A stretch of 37,489 nucleotides of DNA from Azolla caroliniana (taxonomy: Eukaryota; Plantae; Polypodiophyta). Shown here piece by piece: positions 12,066-25,359 of this stretch (position 1 is the stretch's first letter; each line of letters starts with the position of its first letter). Location of the stretch: assembly GCA_043228905.1 (NCBI GenBank), contig JBHGNT010000299.1, forward strand, positions 1-37,489. The letters run 5' to 3'. Made by a program: the position numbers and the translations under genes. Under the pieces are notes generated by a model, which was not told where the DNA came from, made no database searches, and saw only the letters and a program-made list of their open reading frames with translations.

Positions 12066-13392
12066 GACAGGCTTTTTTCATTTGTAAGTATATCAAATTG
12101 GTTATATCTTTGTTGAAATCGAAATGATGACATTAAAACGTGTAGAAATTGGTGTTAGGTTCTCTTTTTCAATGTCTCTGTAACAATTATTATTGTATGA
12201 TTTCTTTACTATGATGAAATTCAATCGAGTTTTTGTTGTTGTTTAGAGCATTTTGGTTGGTCTGTATTTGGGTTCGATACCTCATAAACTATTCGTATTT
12301 GAGCTACATTTTTTGCGTGAATCGATTTGTCATAAATCTAGAATGTAGGCATTATTCTTTTTTTAACTTTCTATAGCCATCTATGACCCTTCTTCCAAAT
12401 GGAAGCCTATCATGAAGCTATGGAGCTTGTTGGAAGGGTCGAGATGACCAATGTCCTCCAAGAAAATGTAAAGAGTAAAAGCATTAAACCTAACCATACA
12501 TAAGGGATCACAAAATTGTGTAAGATAAACTTGATTTATTCATATATAAATTCTTGTATAGTCTCCCTATCTCCTTAAATCGTGTACATCTTGGAGAATT
12601 GCTACTCCACATTCTTGTCGGTGAGCCCAGTGCACATTGGACTCTTGGAAACTTTGCCAACATCTAAAGCTATTGAATTGTGAGTTCTACCCCTCCCCTC
12701 ACCTTTTATTGTTTCCAAATTTTATTTTATTTTATTTTTTCTAACCATCACCTCCCCCTTATTTTTCCTAATTTGATCTTCTACCCCTCCCTTTACTTTT
12801 TCATTGCCACTCTAACTTTACCCCTACCTTTCCCTAACTCACGCCAAGTATATGAAACGATTTGGGTGCGCTTGAATCGTTCTTGGTGATCTTTTCACTT
12901 CATTCCCACTTTGTCAATTTACTCTACCCCTGTCTCGTTCACTAATTTCAATCTACCCCTTTCCCCCGTCCTTTTTTCCAGAATTACATTCATACCCCTC
13001 CCTCTTTTAGTAAATTTCTCGTACCCCTCCCCCTTTCATTCTTCTTAATTTCACTCTACCCTTTCCTCCTCCACTTTAATTTCCAATATACCCTCCAATT
13101 CTTCCTACCCCCCTCCTTTTTTCAAAGATCTCCATACATTCTAACGTACTTCACCATCCCTAACTCCCACCTCACACACTTCTCTCTTACCCTTCCTCTC
13201 TCTTCCTCTCTCACACTCCCCTACATGTTTTTCAAATAACCCCAAAAAATCTTCTATCCCACACCAAATATATCAAACCCCATATCTCCTACATCATCAA
13301 ATTTGAACACACACACACACACTATCTCCCTCCCTCTCTCTCTCTCTCTCTCTCTCACGCACACACACACACACACACATCCTTATCTTCCC

Positions 13393-13400
13393 TATATAAA
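13393..13400 (+). promoter_or_regulatory. TATA box within the junction element (also 19734-19741 and 26165-26172)
   Basis: CCCTATATAAACCC is a typical plant/LTR TATA context and lies just upstream of the ribozyme. Confidence 0.5.
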
Positions 13401-13413
13401 CCCCTCCAATTCT

Positions 13414-13475
13414 AAATGGTCTTGTGCACTGATGAGCTCCGTAGGAGCGAAACTTGTTTGCCACATCGACCATTT
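13414..13475 (+). ncRNA. Type I hammerhead ribozyme with minimal helix III, copy 1
   Basis: Helix I AAAUGGUC..UGUGCA / UGC(C)ACA..GACCAUUU; core CUGAUGA 13429-35; helix II GCUCC-GUA-GGAGC; GAAA 13449-52; helix III A-(CUUG)-U; predicted cleavage after GUU at 13458. Confidence 0.85.
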
Positions 13476-13548
13476 CTTTGTATTACTTTTTAAGTTTCTT
13501 AATATGAATTAGTCTTTGGTCTATTTCTCTCTCTCTAAACTTTGTACA

Positions 13549-13590
<42 letters not shown>

Positions 13591-14530
13591 ATTCTCACTC
13601 TTAATCTCACATTCACCCACCAATTGTATACCGTTCGCACTCCTTGTATTGACCTCACGGTCTAGAACTCACAATGCATAGATATGAATGTATGCAGATG
13701 ATCTAATTCTATAATTAGATAGACTATACTCATACTTGCTGGTTGCCTCTAAATCCATGTCTACAATCCCAGCTCTTTTAGAATATAGTTGATATTGTCT
13801 GGCTAGCCATAAGCATCCACGTAGAAAGTCGATGTTCAAAGTGAAGGAATCAAATTATTTTTTATTCAACGGATTTCAGGATTGTTGGTCTAGAAGGTCA
13901 GCCTTATAGATGGGGGATTATTCGTCTCAACAAAGCCTTCATATCTATAGACGTTTTTCATGAGTCGTTAATCTGCAACTATTGAAAACACAAGAGCAAG
14001 GTTTTAACTTTGTTCCCAACCCCATGGATCATCATTCTATCTTTCAATTGAAGGTGAGTGAAGATCATGGATGAGAATACACCATATTCGCCCTGAATGC
14101 TTCGATGCTGTTGGATCCTACAAAGAAGCCGACCTTGAAATATAATTTGACAATAGATCTCGTGATAGAAAAGGACCTTTTGCACCGAAGCATTATTAGG
14201 GGTATAAAATAAAGGGAACTTTAAGTAAAGTATAGGAGAGAATAAACAATAATAACATTGTAAGGACCATTACAAAAAGGCCAAGTTCGAATAATTGTCT
14301 TTTCATCCTTGAAGAATATGTGTCAGAGACATGGAGGGAGGCGGTGATTTCATGGTGCCAATCTTTGCTACACTCACAAACACAAAGTGGTAGATCTGTG
14401 AGATTGCAAAACTGCATAAGGAAGGAACAGGACAGGACAGACAGATAGATCGATAGATTCAGACAGACAGATTGATAGATAGATAGATTCAGACAGACAG
14501 ACAGATAGATACAGAGAGAGAGAGAGAGAG

Positions 14531-17346
14531 ATGGATATGAGGGCTCTCATCCATGATCACACAGATTTCCTCCTCCACTTCTTCCAACTAGCAGTGTCTG
14601 CTGCATCGGCTTCTTCTTCTTCTGAATCATCGGCTGTGACGGCGATCGGGACAGGGCCACAGAAGAATGCTGCCCTTTCCCCAATCAGCGTTTCGATGTT
14701 GATGGCCATGGTGGCCTCTGGAGCAAAGGGTCCCACACTCCAGCAGATACTGTCGACAATTAACCTCCCTTCCTCGGATACCCTCCGAGAGTTCGCTTCT
14801 CAGGTTCATGCCGTTCTCCTTGCCGATGCCACGTCCTTGGGTGGGCCTCTTCTTGAATTTGTGAACTCTGTGTGGGTTCAGCAAACCCTCCCTCTTAACC
14901 CCTCCTTCAGTGAAGTCCTCCATAGCAATTATGGTGTAGCTGTACACCCTGCTGACTTCTTGAATCAGGTAAAACCTTGTTTACATTTGTCCATTCACTG
15001 CGCTTCAAATCTCTCTAATTCCACATTGCAATAGACATATTTCGTGGTCATGTCTCTCTAAGTCCATTGATTTATTTGACAAAGCTGCAAAATTGAAAAC
15101 ATGAGTTGTAGTCTGCCTAATGCTAAATCTATTTCTTAAGGAGTACTCTGAGAGACAGAAACAAGAAGATTCTGACTCTACCTTTTGCCTAATGTGAATA
15201 ATGCTTTTGAAATGTGGGTTAATGTGAATTAATCTCGGTCTCCCTCATATACCATGATTGTGGCAGAGAGATTATGATTAGAGGATATAATAGGCTTTAT
15301 ATAAGCTTGAAGCTCGAATGTTAAATAAGGACCCCCTGTAAAGGTAGAGTCAGATATAGCTCATAAGGGTTGAAATATTATTTCTGTACTACGACATAGT
15401 GTTAGGGATGTCAATTCCTTTGAGTTTAAACAGCAATGCTGTGAGCTTCTTTTTTGGCTAACACAAATGATGTAGCTCACCATGATTTTCTATCGCCTTC
15501 TGTTACAATAATGCGGATACCAGTGCATATAAAGTTTTCAGTCTATAAGCATGGTTGTGATTCATCACATCACTACCATTTTCCATCAAGATAGTTGATG
15601 ATTCTCAAGGCATTGCTGCTATCATTCAACGAAGATCCCTATTCGTTGGATTGCAGAATGATAGTGATATTGATTGGTGAATTTAAGTTGCAAAAAAAGA
15701 ATAAAATCTTAAGAGGGTATTCAAAGGCACAAAAATGTTGGGACTCATAACTTGTAATGTGGAGGAAAAGAAGAAAGAATGATATCTGTTAAAAGCAATC
15801 ATAAGTGCTCGTAATCCAGTTGAACTGTCTTTGCTGTGGCTTATAAGTGGAAATGAGAAATAGGAATAAGCATATTTTTTCTCAATTCTCATTGTAGAGT
15901 CTCACATTGTTAGATTAGAGACGTCAAAATTTCAGATGATTCATTCATTAATATTAGGCGGACATCCCCTAAAGGAAGTTTCTGGTATGATTTATCTCTC
16001 ACAGATTAGAGTGTTAACTGTTGTGTCGGATCGCAAGATCAATATTTCCTTCTGGCCTATCATTCCATTATTTCCATGTGAGATGTCGGGTGTGGTTACC
16101 TTTATTTCAAGATTTTACAAGCACATAAAAATATTGCTCATGAAGATTCATCTTCATGTTGCATTACTTCAGAACAGTTGCATTTTAATACGATTAAAGA
16201 TTCACAGATATAGAATCAGCTGATCAAATAAAATAATGACACAGAATATATAGCCAGAAACAAAAAGAAAGGGAAAAAACAAGACATGCTCTGGGATTCT
16301 ATAGTAATATCTGTCACTGTATATTTATTTATTTATTTATTTATTTATTTATATATCAATAAATGTTTGATGGGATAGGTACATATAAAATTATACTATT
16401 ACAATAAGCTGAAACTTGATTCAAACCTTTATTGGCAGTTCCAAGTCACAGATGAATGTTTTCTCATGTGTTTGTGTTGAGTACCTGTGAGATAATATTT
16501 AACTGTGACATGTGCAGCCTCAGATTTACTTTGGTTTTGTATTTTTTTGTTTTGGTGCAGGCTGAGAAGAGTAGAGGTGAGATTAATGCATGGGTGAAGC
16601 AGGAAACTAAGGGCAAAATTGATGAAATTCTTCCTGTGGGTGCATTAAATGAGAACACTAAATTGGTCCTTGCAAATGCCTTGTATTTCAAAGGAACATG
16701 GCAAAAGAAATTTGAAACTTCTCAAACAAAAGATGGGGATTTCCATCTCCTCAATGGTGAAACCATCAGTATTCCCATGATGACGACAAAGAAGAAACAA
16801 GAAATATCTTCGCACGATTCCTTTAAAGTGCTCCGACTACCATATAGCAATGGTCAAGATGCGAGATCTTTCTCTATGTATATCATACTTCCAAATGAAA
16901 AGGCTGGTCTTTTTGCGTTGGAGAAAGGTTTAACTGTAGATATCCTTGAAAAAACTCTAGTGAAGGGTGTTGAAATTGATGTGGGCTCATTTAAACTACC
17001 AAAGTTCAAAGTTTCAGCAGGATATGAGGTGCCAGATACTCTAAAAGAAATGGGTATGAAATTGCCATTTTCAGATGAAGCTGACTTTTCAGGCATGGTG
17101 GACTCATCCAATGGTGGTCAAGCACTGTCTATTAGCAATGTGTTTCACAAGACATTTATTGAAGTAAATGAGGAAGGCACGGAAGCTGCGGCCGCAACAG
17201 CCGTGGTCAGTATGCCTCGGTCTGCTGTTCGCCGCTCATCGGAAGATTTTATTGCTGATCACCCTTTCATGTTTGTATTGAAAGAAGATATCACTGGCAT
17301 CATAGTGTTTATGGGGCATGTTGTGAACCCTCTTTCTACCAGTTAA
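14531..17346 (+). CDS. Serpin copy 2, 407 aa
   Basis: Exons 14531-14968 and 16561-17346, with the same motifs and reactive centre loop as copy 1. Exon 1 is the variant type (SSSSESS, ISVSMLMAM, DFLNQ). Confidence 0.95.
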
Positions 17347-19018
17347 TTTAACACCATCTGATATTTTCAGGCATGTTCATGTGAAAGCCATCTGCGAAGG
17401 GACATAGTCATTCACAAGAAACTGGAAATGGTGAAAGTGCAACTATATGACTTTTTGCTTAACTCAATATAGATTAAAAATGCAGTCAAGAGAATTTACT
17501 AATGAAGAATAACTTGACTTGTATTACTTTCAATTACTGTAGTGTGCATGACCAGATTATTGTCTTGGTTGTTAGTTCTTGTTGTTGGTATTCTAATAGT
17601 CAAAAAGTGCCCTTGACCTTGTTGAATAAATGAACAAATTCTTGATATCTCTTTGAAAAATTTGGAGTTGGCTTCATATTGGAATCAATAACATATACTT
17701 GAATAACAAACACTATTCAAGTGTCCTCATCAGATCATATGAATTCTTATAATAACATTTTACTGTCTTGGTTGTTAGTTCTTGTTGTTGATATTCTAAT
17801 AATCAAAAAGCGGCCTTGACCTTGTTGAATACATGAACAAATTCTTGATATCTCTTTGGAAAATTTGGAGTTGGTGTCACATTGGAATCAATGACATATA
17901 CTTTAGTAACAAGCACGATTCAAGCGTCCTCATTAGATCGTATGAATTCTTTTAATGATATTTTGGAGATTGGTAGTGAAACTGGGGTCACACATTGCAA
18001 CTAAAGGAACAAGTAGATCATTGCTCATTTTGAGATGACAAGAGGGGACTAACATCTAAAGCTTACTAGTGTTTGATCAAGAATAAGGAATAACACAAGG
18101 AATAATATCAAGAACTCAAGAATAAATATGGAAGCAAGCAATTAGGGATAGATAAGCTAGTTTGAAATGTAGATTTGACCTACAAGTCCTTATTATATCC
18201 TGATTCCCCATCATTGACACGAACATGTTTGTCAACGAGTTGCAAGATGTGAACGTGGAGGAATGCAAAAGTTTACATTGCAATATTAGGTTTAAGTAGG
18301 ACATACATGATCAAAAGTGTGATTTTGATGGTAAAATGCAAATGTTTACATTGCAATATTAGATTTAAGTAAGACATAATCAAAAGTGTAATCCTGATGG
18401 TAAATGGACAGGCTTTTTTCATTTGTAAGTATATCAAATTGGTTATATCTTTGTTGAAATCGAAATGATGACATTAAAACGTGTAGAAATTGGTGTTAGG
18501 TTCTCTTTTTCAATGTCTCTGTAACAATTATTATTGTATGATTTCTTTACTATGATGAAATTCAATCGAGTTTTTGTTGTTGTTTAGAGCATTTTGGTTG
18601 GTCTGTATTTGGGTTCGATACCTCATAAACTATTCGTATTTGAGCTACATTTTTTGCGTGAATCGATTTGTCATAAATCTAGAATGTAGGCATTATTCTT
18701 TTTTTAACTTTCTATAGCCATCTATGACCCTTCTTCCAAATGGAAGCCTATCATGAAGCTATGGAGCTTGTTGGAAGGGTCGAGATGACCAATGTCCTCC
18801 AAGAAAATGTAAAGAGTAAAAGCATTAAACCTAACCATACATAAGGGATCACAAAATTGTGTAAGATAAACTTGATTTATTCATATATAAATTCTTGTAT
18901 AGTCTCCCTATCTCCTTAAATCGTGTACATCTTGGAGAATTGCTACTCCACATTCTTGTCGGTGAGCCCAGTGCACATTGGACTCTTGGAAACTTTGCCA
19001 ACATCTAAAGCTATTGAA

Positions 19019-19889
19019 TTGTGAGTTCTACCCCTCCCCTCACCTTTTATTGTTTCCAAATTTTATTTTATTTTATTTTTTCTAACCATCACCTCCCCCT
19101 TATTTTTCCTAATTTGATCTTCTACCCCTCCCTTTACTTTTTCATTGCCACTCTAACTTTACCCCTACCTTTCCCTAACTCACGCCAAGTATATGAAACG
19201 ATTTGGGTGCGCTTGAATCGTTCTTGGTGATCTTTTCACTTCATTCCCACTTTGTCAATTTACTCTACCCCTGTCTCGTTCACTAATTTCAATCTACCCC
19301 TTTCCCCCGTCCTTTTTTCCAGAATTACATTCATACCCCTCCCTCTTTTAGTAAATTTCTCGTACCCCTCCCCCTTTCATTCTTCTTAATTTCACTCTAC
19401 CCTTTCCTCCTCCACTTTAATTTCCAATATACCCTCCAATTCTTCCTACCCCCCTCCTTTTTTCAAAGATCTCCATACATTCTAACGTACTTCACCATCC
19501 CTAACTCCCACCTCACACACTTCTCTCTTACCCTTCCTCTCTCTTCCTCTCTCACACTCCCCTACATGTTTTTCAAATAACCCCAAAAAATCTTCTATCC
19601 CACACCAAATATATCAAACCCCATATCTCCTACATCATCAAATTTGAACACACACACACACACTATCTCCCTCCCTCTCTCTCTCTCTCTCTCTCTCACG
19701 CACACACACACACACACACATCCTTATCTTCCCTATATAAACCCCTCCAATTCTAAATGGTCTTGTGCACTGATGAGCTCCGTAGGAGCGAAACTTGTTT
19801 GCCACATCGACCATTTCTTTGTATTACTTTTTAAGTTTCTTAATATGAATTAGTCTTTGGTCTATTTCTCTCTCTCTAAACTTTGTACA

Positions 19890-19931
<42 letters not shown>

Positions 19932-20015
19932 ATTCTCACTCTTAATCTCACATTCACCCACCAATTGTATACCGTTCGCACTCCTTGTATTGACCTCACG
20001 GTCTAGAACTCACAA
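19019..20015 (+). mobile_element. TIR/hammerhead junction element, copy 2
   Basis: Appears identical by eye to 12678-13674 at an offset of +6341. Confidence 0.72.
19755..19816 (+). ncRNA. Type I hammerhead ribozyme, copy 2
   Basis: Same sequence as 13414-13475. Confidence 0.85.
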
Positions 20016-20871
20016 TGCATAGATATGAATGTATGCAGATGATCTAATTCTATAATTAGATAGACTATACTCATACTTGCTGGTTGCCTCTAAATCCATG
20101 TCTACAATCCCAGCTCTTTTAGAATATAGTTGATATTGTCTGGCTAGCCATAAGCATCCACGTAGAAAGTCGATGTTCAAAGTGAAGGAATCAAATTATT
20201 TTTTATTCAACGGATTTCAGGATTGTTGGTCTAGAAGGTCAGCCTTATAGATGGGGGATTATTCGTCTCAACAAAGCCTTCATATCTATAGACGTTTTTC
20301 ATGAGTCGTTAATCTGCAACTATTGAAAACACAAGAGCAAGGTTTTAACTTTGTTCCCAACCCCATGGATCATCATTCTATCTTTCAATTGAAGGTGAGT
20401 GAAGATCATGGATGAGAATACACCATATTCGCCCTGAATGCTTCGATGCTGTTGGATCCTACAAAGAAGCCGACCTTGAAATATAATTTGACAATAGATC
20501 TCGTGATAGAAAAGGACCTTTTGCACCGAAGCATTATTAGGGGTATAAAATAAAGGGAACTTTAAGTAAAGTATAGGAGAGAATAAACAATAATAACATT
20601 GTAAGGACCATTACAAAAAGGCCAAGTTCGAATAATTGTCTTTTCATCCTTGAAGAATATGTGTCAGAGACATGGAGGGAGGCGGTGATTTCATGGTGCC
20701 AATCTTTGCTACACTCACAAACACAAAGTGGTAGATCTGTGAGATTGCAAAACTGCATAAGGAAGGAACAGGACAGGACAGACAGATAGATCGATAGATT
20801 CAGACAGACAGATTGATAGATAGATAGATTCAGACAGACAGACAGATAGATACAGAGAGAGAGAGAGAGAG

Positions 20872-23687
20872 ATGGATATGAGGGCTCTCATCCATGATCA
20901 CACAGATTTCCTCCTCCACTTCTTCCAACTAGCAGTGTCTGCTGCATCGGCTTCTTCTTCTTCTGAATCATCGGCTGTGACGGCGATCGGGACAGGGCCA
21001 CAGAAGAATGCTGCCCTTTCCCCAATCAGCGTTTCGATGTTGATGGCCATGGTGGCCTCTGGAGCAAAGGGTCCCACACTCCAGCAGATACTGTCGACAA
21101 TTAACCTCCCTTCCTCGGATACCCTCCGAGAGTTCGCTTCTCAGGTTCATGCCGTTCTCCTTGCCGATGCCACGTCCTTGGGTGGGCCTCTTCTTGAATT
21201 TGTGAACTCTGTGTGGGTTCAGCAAACCCTCCCTCTTAACCCCTCCTTCAGTGAAGTCCTCCATAGCAATTATGGTGTAGCTGTACACCCTGCTGACTTC
21301 TTGAATCAGGTAAAACCTTGTTTACATTTGTCCATTCACTGCGCTTCAAATCTCTCTAATTCCACATTGCAATAGACATATTTCGTGGTCATGTCTCTCT
21401 AAGTCCATTGATTTATTTGACAAAGCTGCAAAATTGAAAACATGAGTTGTAGTCTGCCTAATGCTAAATCTATTTCTTAAGGAGTACTCTGAGAGACAGA
21501 AACAAGAAGATTCTGACTCTACCTTTTGCCTAATGTGAATAATGCTTTTGAAATGTGGGTTAATGTGAATTAATCTCGGTCTCCCTCATATACCATGATT
21601 GTGGCAGAGAGATTATGATTAGAGGATATAATAGGCTTTATATAAGCTTGAAGCTCGAATGTTAAATAAGGACCCCCTGTAAAGGTAGAGTCAGATATAG
21701 CTCATAAGGGTTGAAATATTATTTCTGTACTACGACATAGTGTTAGGGATGTCAATTCCTTTGAGTTTAAACAGCAATGCTGTGAGCTTCTTTTTTGGCT
21801 AACACAAATGATGTAGCTCACCATGATTTTCTATCGCCTTCTGTTACAATAATGCGGATACCAGTGCATATAAAGTTTTCAGTCTATAAGCATGGTTGTG
21901 ATTCATCACATCACTACCATTTTCCATCAAGATAGTTGATGATTCTCAAGGCATTGCTGCTATCATTCAACGAAGATCCCTATTCGTTGGATTGCAGAAT
22001 GATAGTGATATTGATTGGTGAATTTAAGTTGCAAAAAAAGAATAAAATCTTAAGAGGGTATTCAAAGGCACAAAAATGTTGGGACTCATAACTTGTAATG
22101 TGGAGGAAAAGAAGAAAGAATGATATCTGTTAAAAGCAATCATAAGTGCTCGTAATCCAGTTGAACTGTCTTTGCTGTGGCTTATAAGTGGAAATGAGAA
22201 ATAGGAATAAGCATATTTTTTCTCAATTCTCATTGTAGAGTCTCACATTGTTAGATTAGAGACGTCAAAATTTCAGATGATTCATTCATTAATATTAGGC
22301 GGACATCCCCTAAAGGAAGTTTCTGGTATGATTTATCTCTCACAGATTAGAGTGTTAACTGTTGTGTCGGATCGCAAGATCAATATTTCCTTCTGGCCTA
22401 TCATTCCATTATTTCCATGTGAGATGTCGGGTGTGGTTACCTTTATTTCAAGATTTTACAAGCACATAAAAATATTGCTCATGAAGATTCATCTTCATGT
22501 TGCATTACTTCAGAACAGTTGCATTTTAATACGATTAAAGATTCACAGATATAGAATCAGCTGATCAAATAAAATAATGACACAGAATATATAGCCAGAA
22601 ACAAAAAGAAAGGGAAAAAACAAGACATGCTCTGGGATTCTATAGTAATATCTGTCACTGTATATTTATTTATTTATTTATTTATTTATTTATATATCAA
22701 TAAATGTTTGATGGGATAGGTACATATAAAATTATACTATTACAATAAGCTGAAACTTGATTCAAACCTTTATTGGCAGTTCCAAGTCACAGATGAATGT
22801 TTTCTCATGTGTTTGTGTTGAGTACCTGTGAGATAATATTTAACTGTGACATGTGCAGCCTCAGATTTACTTTGGTTTTGTATTTTTTTGTTTTGGTGCA
22901 GGCTGAGAAGAGTAGAGGTGAGATTAATGCATGGGTGAAGCAGGAAACTAAGGGCAAAATTGATGAAATTCTTCCTGTGGGTGCATTAAATGAGAACACT
23001 AAATTGGTCCTTGCAAATGCCTTGTATTTCAAAGGAACATGGCAAAAGAAATTTGAAACTTCTCAAACAAAAGATGGGGATTTCCATCTCCTCAATGGTG
23101 AAACCATCAGTATTCCCATGATGACGACAAAGAAGAAACAAGAAATATCTTCGCACGATTCCTTTAAAGTGCTCCGACTACCATATAGCAATGGTCAAGA
23201 TGCGAGATCTTTCTCTATGTATATCATACTTCCAAATGAAAAGGCTGGTCTTTTTGCGTTGGAGAAAGGTTTAACTGTAGATATCCTTGAAAAAACTCTA
23301 GTGAAGGGTGTTGAAATTGATGTGGGCTCATTTAAACTACCAAAGTTCAAAGTTTCAGCAGGATATGAGGTGCCAGATACTCTAAAAGAAATGGGTATGA
23401 AATTGCCATTTTCAGATGAAGCTGACTTTTCAGGCATGGTGGACTCATCCAATGGTGGTCAAGCACTGTCTATTAGCAATGTGTTTCACAAGACATTTAT
23501 TGAAGTAAATGAGGAAGGCACGGAAGCTGCGGCCGCAACAGCCGTGGTCAGTATGCCTCGGTCTGCTGTTCGCCGCTCATCGGAAGATTTTATTGCTGAT
23601 CACCCTTTCATGTTTGTATTGAAAGAAGATATCACTGGCATCATAGTGTTTATGGGGCATGTTGTGAACCCTCTTTCTACCAGTTAA
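20872..23687 (+). CDS. Serpin copy 3, 407 aa
   Basis: Exons 20872-21309 and 22902-23687; the translation is identical to copy 2. Confidence 0.95.
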
Positions 23688-25359
23688 TTTAACACCATCT
23701 GATATTTTCAGGCATGTTCATGTGAAAGCCATCTGCGAAGGGACATAGTCATTCACAAGAAACTGGAAATGGTGAAAGTGCAACTATATGACTTTTTGCT
23801 TAACTCAATATAGATTAAAAATGCAGTCAAGAGAATTTACTAATGAAGAATAACTTGACTTGTATTACTTTCAATTACTGTAGTGTGCATGACCAGATTA
23901 TTGTCTTGGTTGTTAGTTCTTGTTGTTGGTATTCTAATAGTCAAAAAGTGCCCTTGACCTTGTTGAATAAATGAACAAATTCTTGATATCTCTTTGAAAA
24001 ATTTGGAGTTGGCTTCATATTGGAATCAATAACATATACTTGAATAACAAACACTATTCAAGTGTCCTCATCAGATCATATGAATTCTTATAATAACATT
24101 TTACTGTCTTGGTTGTTAGTTCTTGTTGTTGATATTCTAATAATCAAAAAGCGGCCTTGACCTTGTTGAATACATGAACAAATTCTTGATATCTCTTTGG
24201 AAAATTTGGAGTTGGTGTCACATTGGAATCAATGACATATACTTTAGTAACAAGCACGATTCAAGCGTCCTCATTAGATCGTATGAATTCTTTTAATGAT
24301 ATTTTGGAGATTGGTAGTGAAACTGGGGTCACACATTGCAACTAAAGGAACAAGTAGATCATTGCTCATTTTGAGATGACAAGAGGGGACTAACATCTAA
24401 AGCTTACTAGTGTTTGATCAAGAATAAGGAATAACACAAGGAATAATATCAAGAACTCAAGAATAAATATGGAAGCAAGCAATTAGGGATAGATAAGCTA
24501 GTTTGAAATGTAGATTTGACCTACAAGTCCTTATTATATCCTAATTCCCCATCATTGACACCAACATGTTTGTCAACGAGTTGCAAGATGTGAACGTGGA
24601 GGAATGCAAAAGTTTACATTGCAATATTAGGTTTAAGTAGGACATACATGATCAAAAGTGTGATTTTGATGGTAAAATGCAAATGTTTACATTGCAATAT
24701 TAGATTTAAGTAAGACATAATCAAAAGTGTAATCCTGATGGTAAATGGACAGGCTTTTTTCATTTGTAAGTATATCAAATTGGTTATATCTTTGTTGAAA
24801 TCAAAATGATGACATTAAAACGTGTAGAAATTGGTGTTAGGTTCTCTTTTTCAATGTCTCTGTAACAATTATTATTGTATGATTTCTTTACTATGATGAA
24901 ATTCAATCGAGTTTTTGTTGTTGTTTAGAGCATTTTGGTTGGTCTGTATTTGGGTTCGATACCTCATAAACTATTCATATTTGAGCTACATTTTTTGCAT
25001 GAATCGATTTGTCATAAATCTAGAATGTAGGCATTATTCTTTTTTTAACTTTCTATAGCCATCTATGACCCTTCTTCCAAATGGAAGCCTATCATGAAGC
25101 TATGGAGCTTGTTGGAAGGGTCGAGATGACCAATGTCCTCCAAGAAAATGTAAAGAGTAAAAGCATTAAACCTAACCATACATAAGGGATCACAAAATTG
25201 TGTAAGATAAACTTGATTTATTCATATATAAAATCTTGTATAGTCTCCCTATCTCCTTAAATCGTGTACATCTTGGAGAATTGCTACTCCACATTCTTGT
25301 CGGTGAGCCCAGTGCACATTGGACTCTTGGAAACTTTGCCAACATCTAAAGCTATTGAA

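Larger units (their letters stand above)
12678..13674 (+). mobile_element. Non-autonomous element with terminal inverted repeats and an internal hammerhead ribozyme (solo-LTR/retrozyme/Penelope-pLTR-like), junction copy 1
   Basis: It starts TTGTGAGTTCTA (12678) and ends TAGAACTCACAA (13674), a perfect 12-bp inverted repeat. It contains TATATAAA, a hammerhead and (CA)n/(CT)n tracts, and has no credible ORF. It is absent from both outer ends of the array. The family assignment is inference. Confidence 0.72.

Noticed and set aside
12384-12440. Imperfect hairpin GACCC..TTCCAA / TTGGAA-GGGTC as a miRNA precursor
   Set aside because: Pairing is too short and interrupted to form a 21-nt duplex.
13651-13665. 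GACC-TCAC-GGTC hairpin plus CTAG as a Helitron 3' end
   Set aside because: The hairpin is too short and overlaps the CTAG, the next base is A rather than T, and the element boundary lies ~9 bp further on at the inverted repeat.
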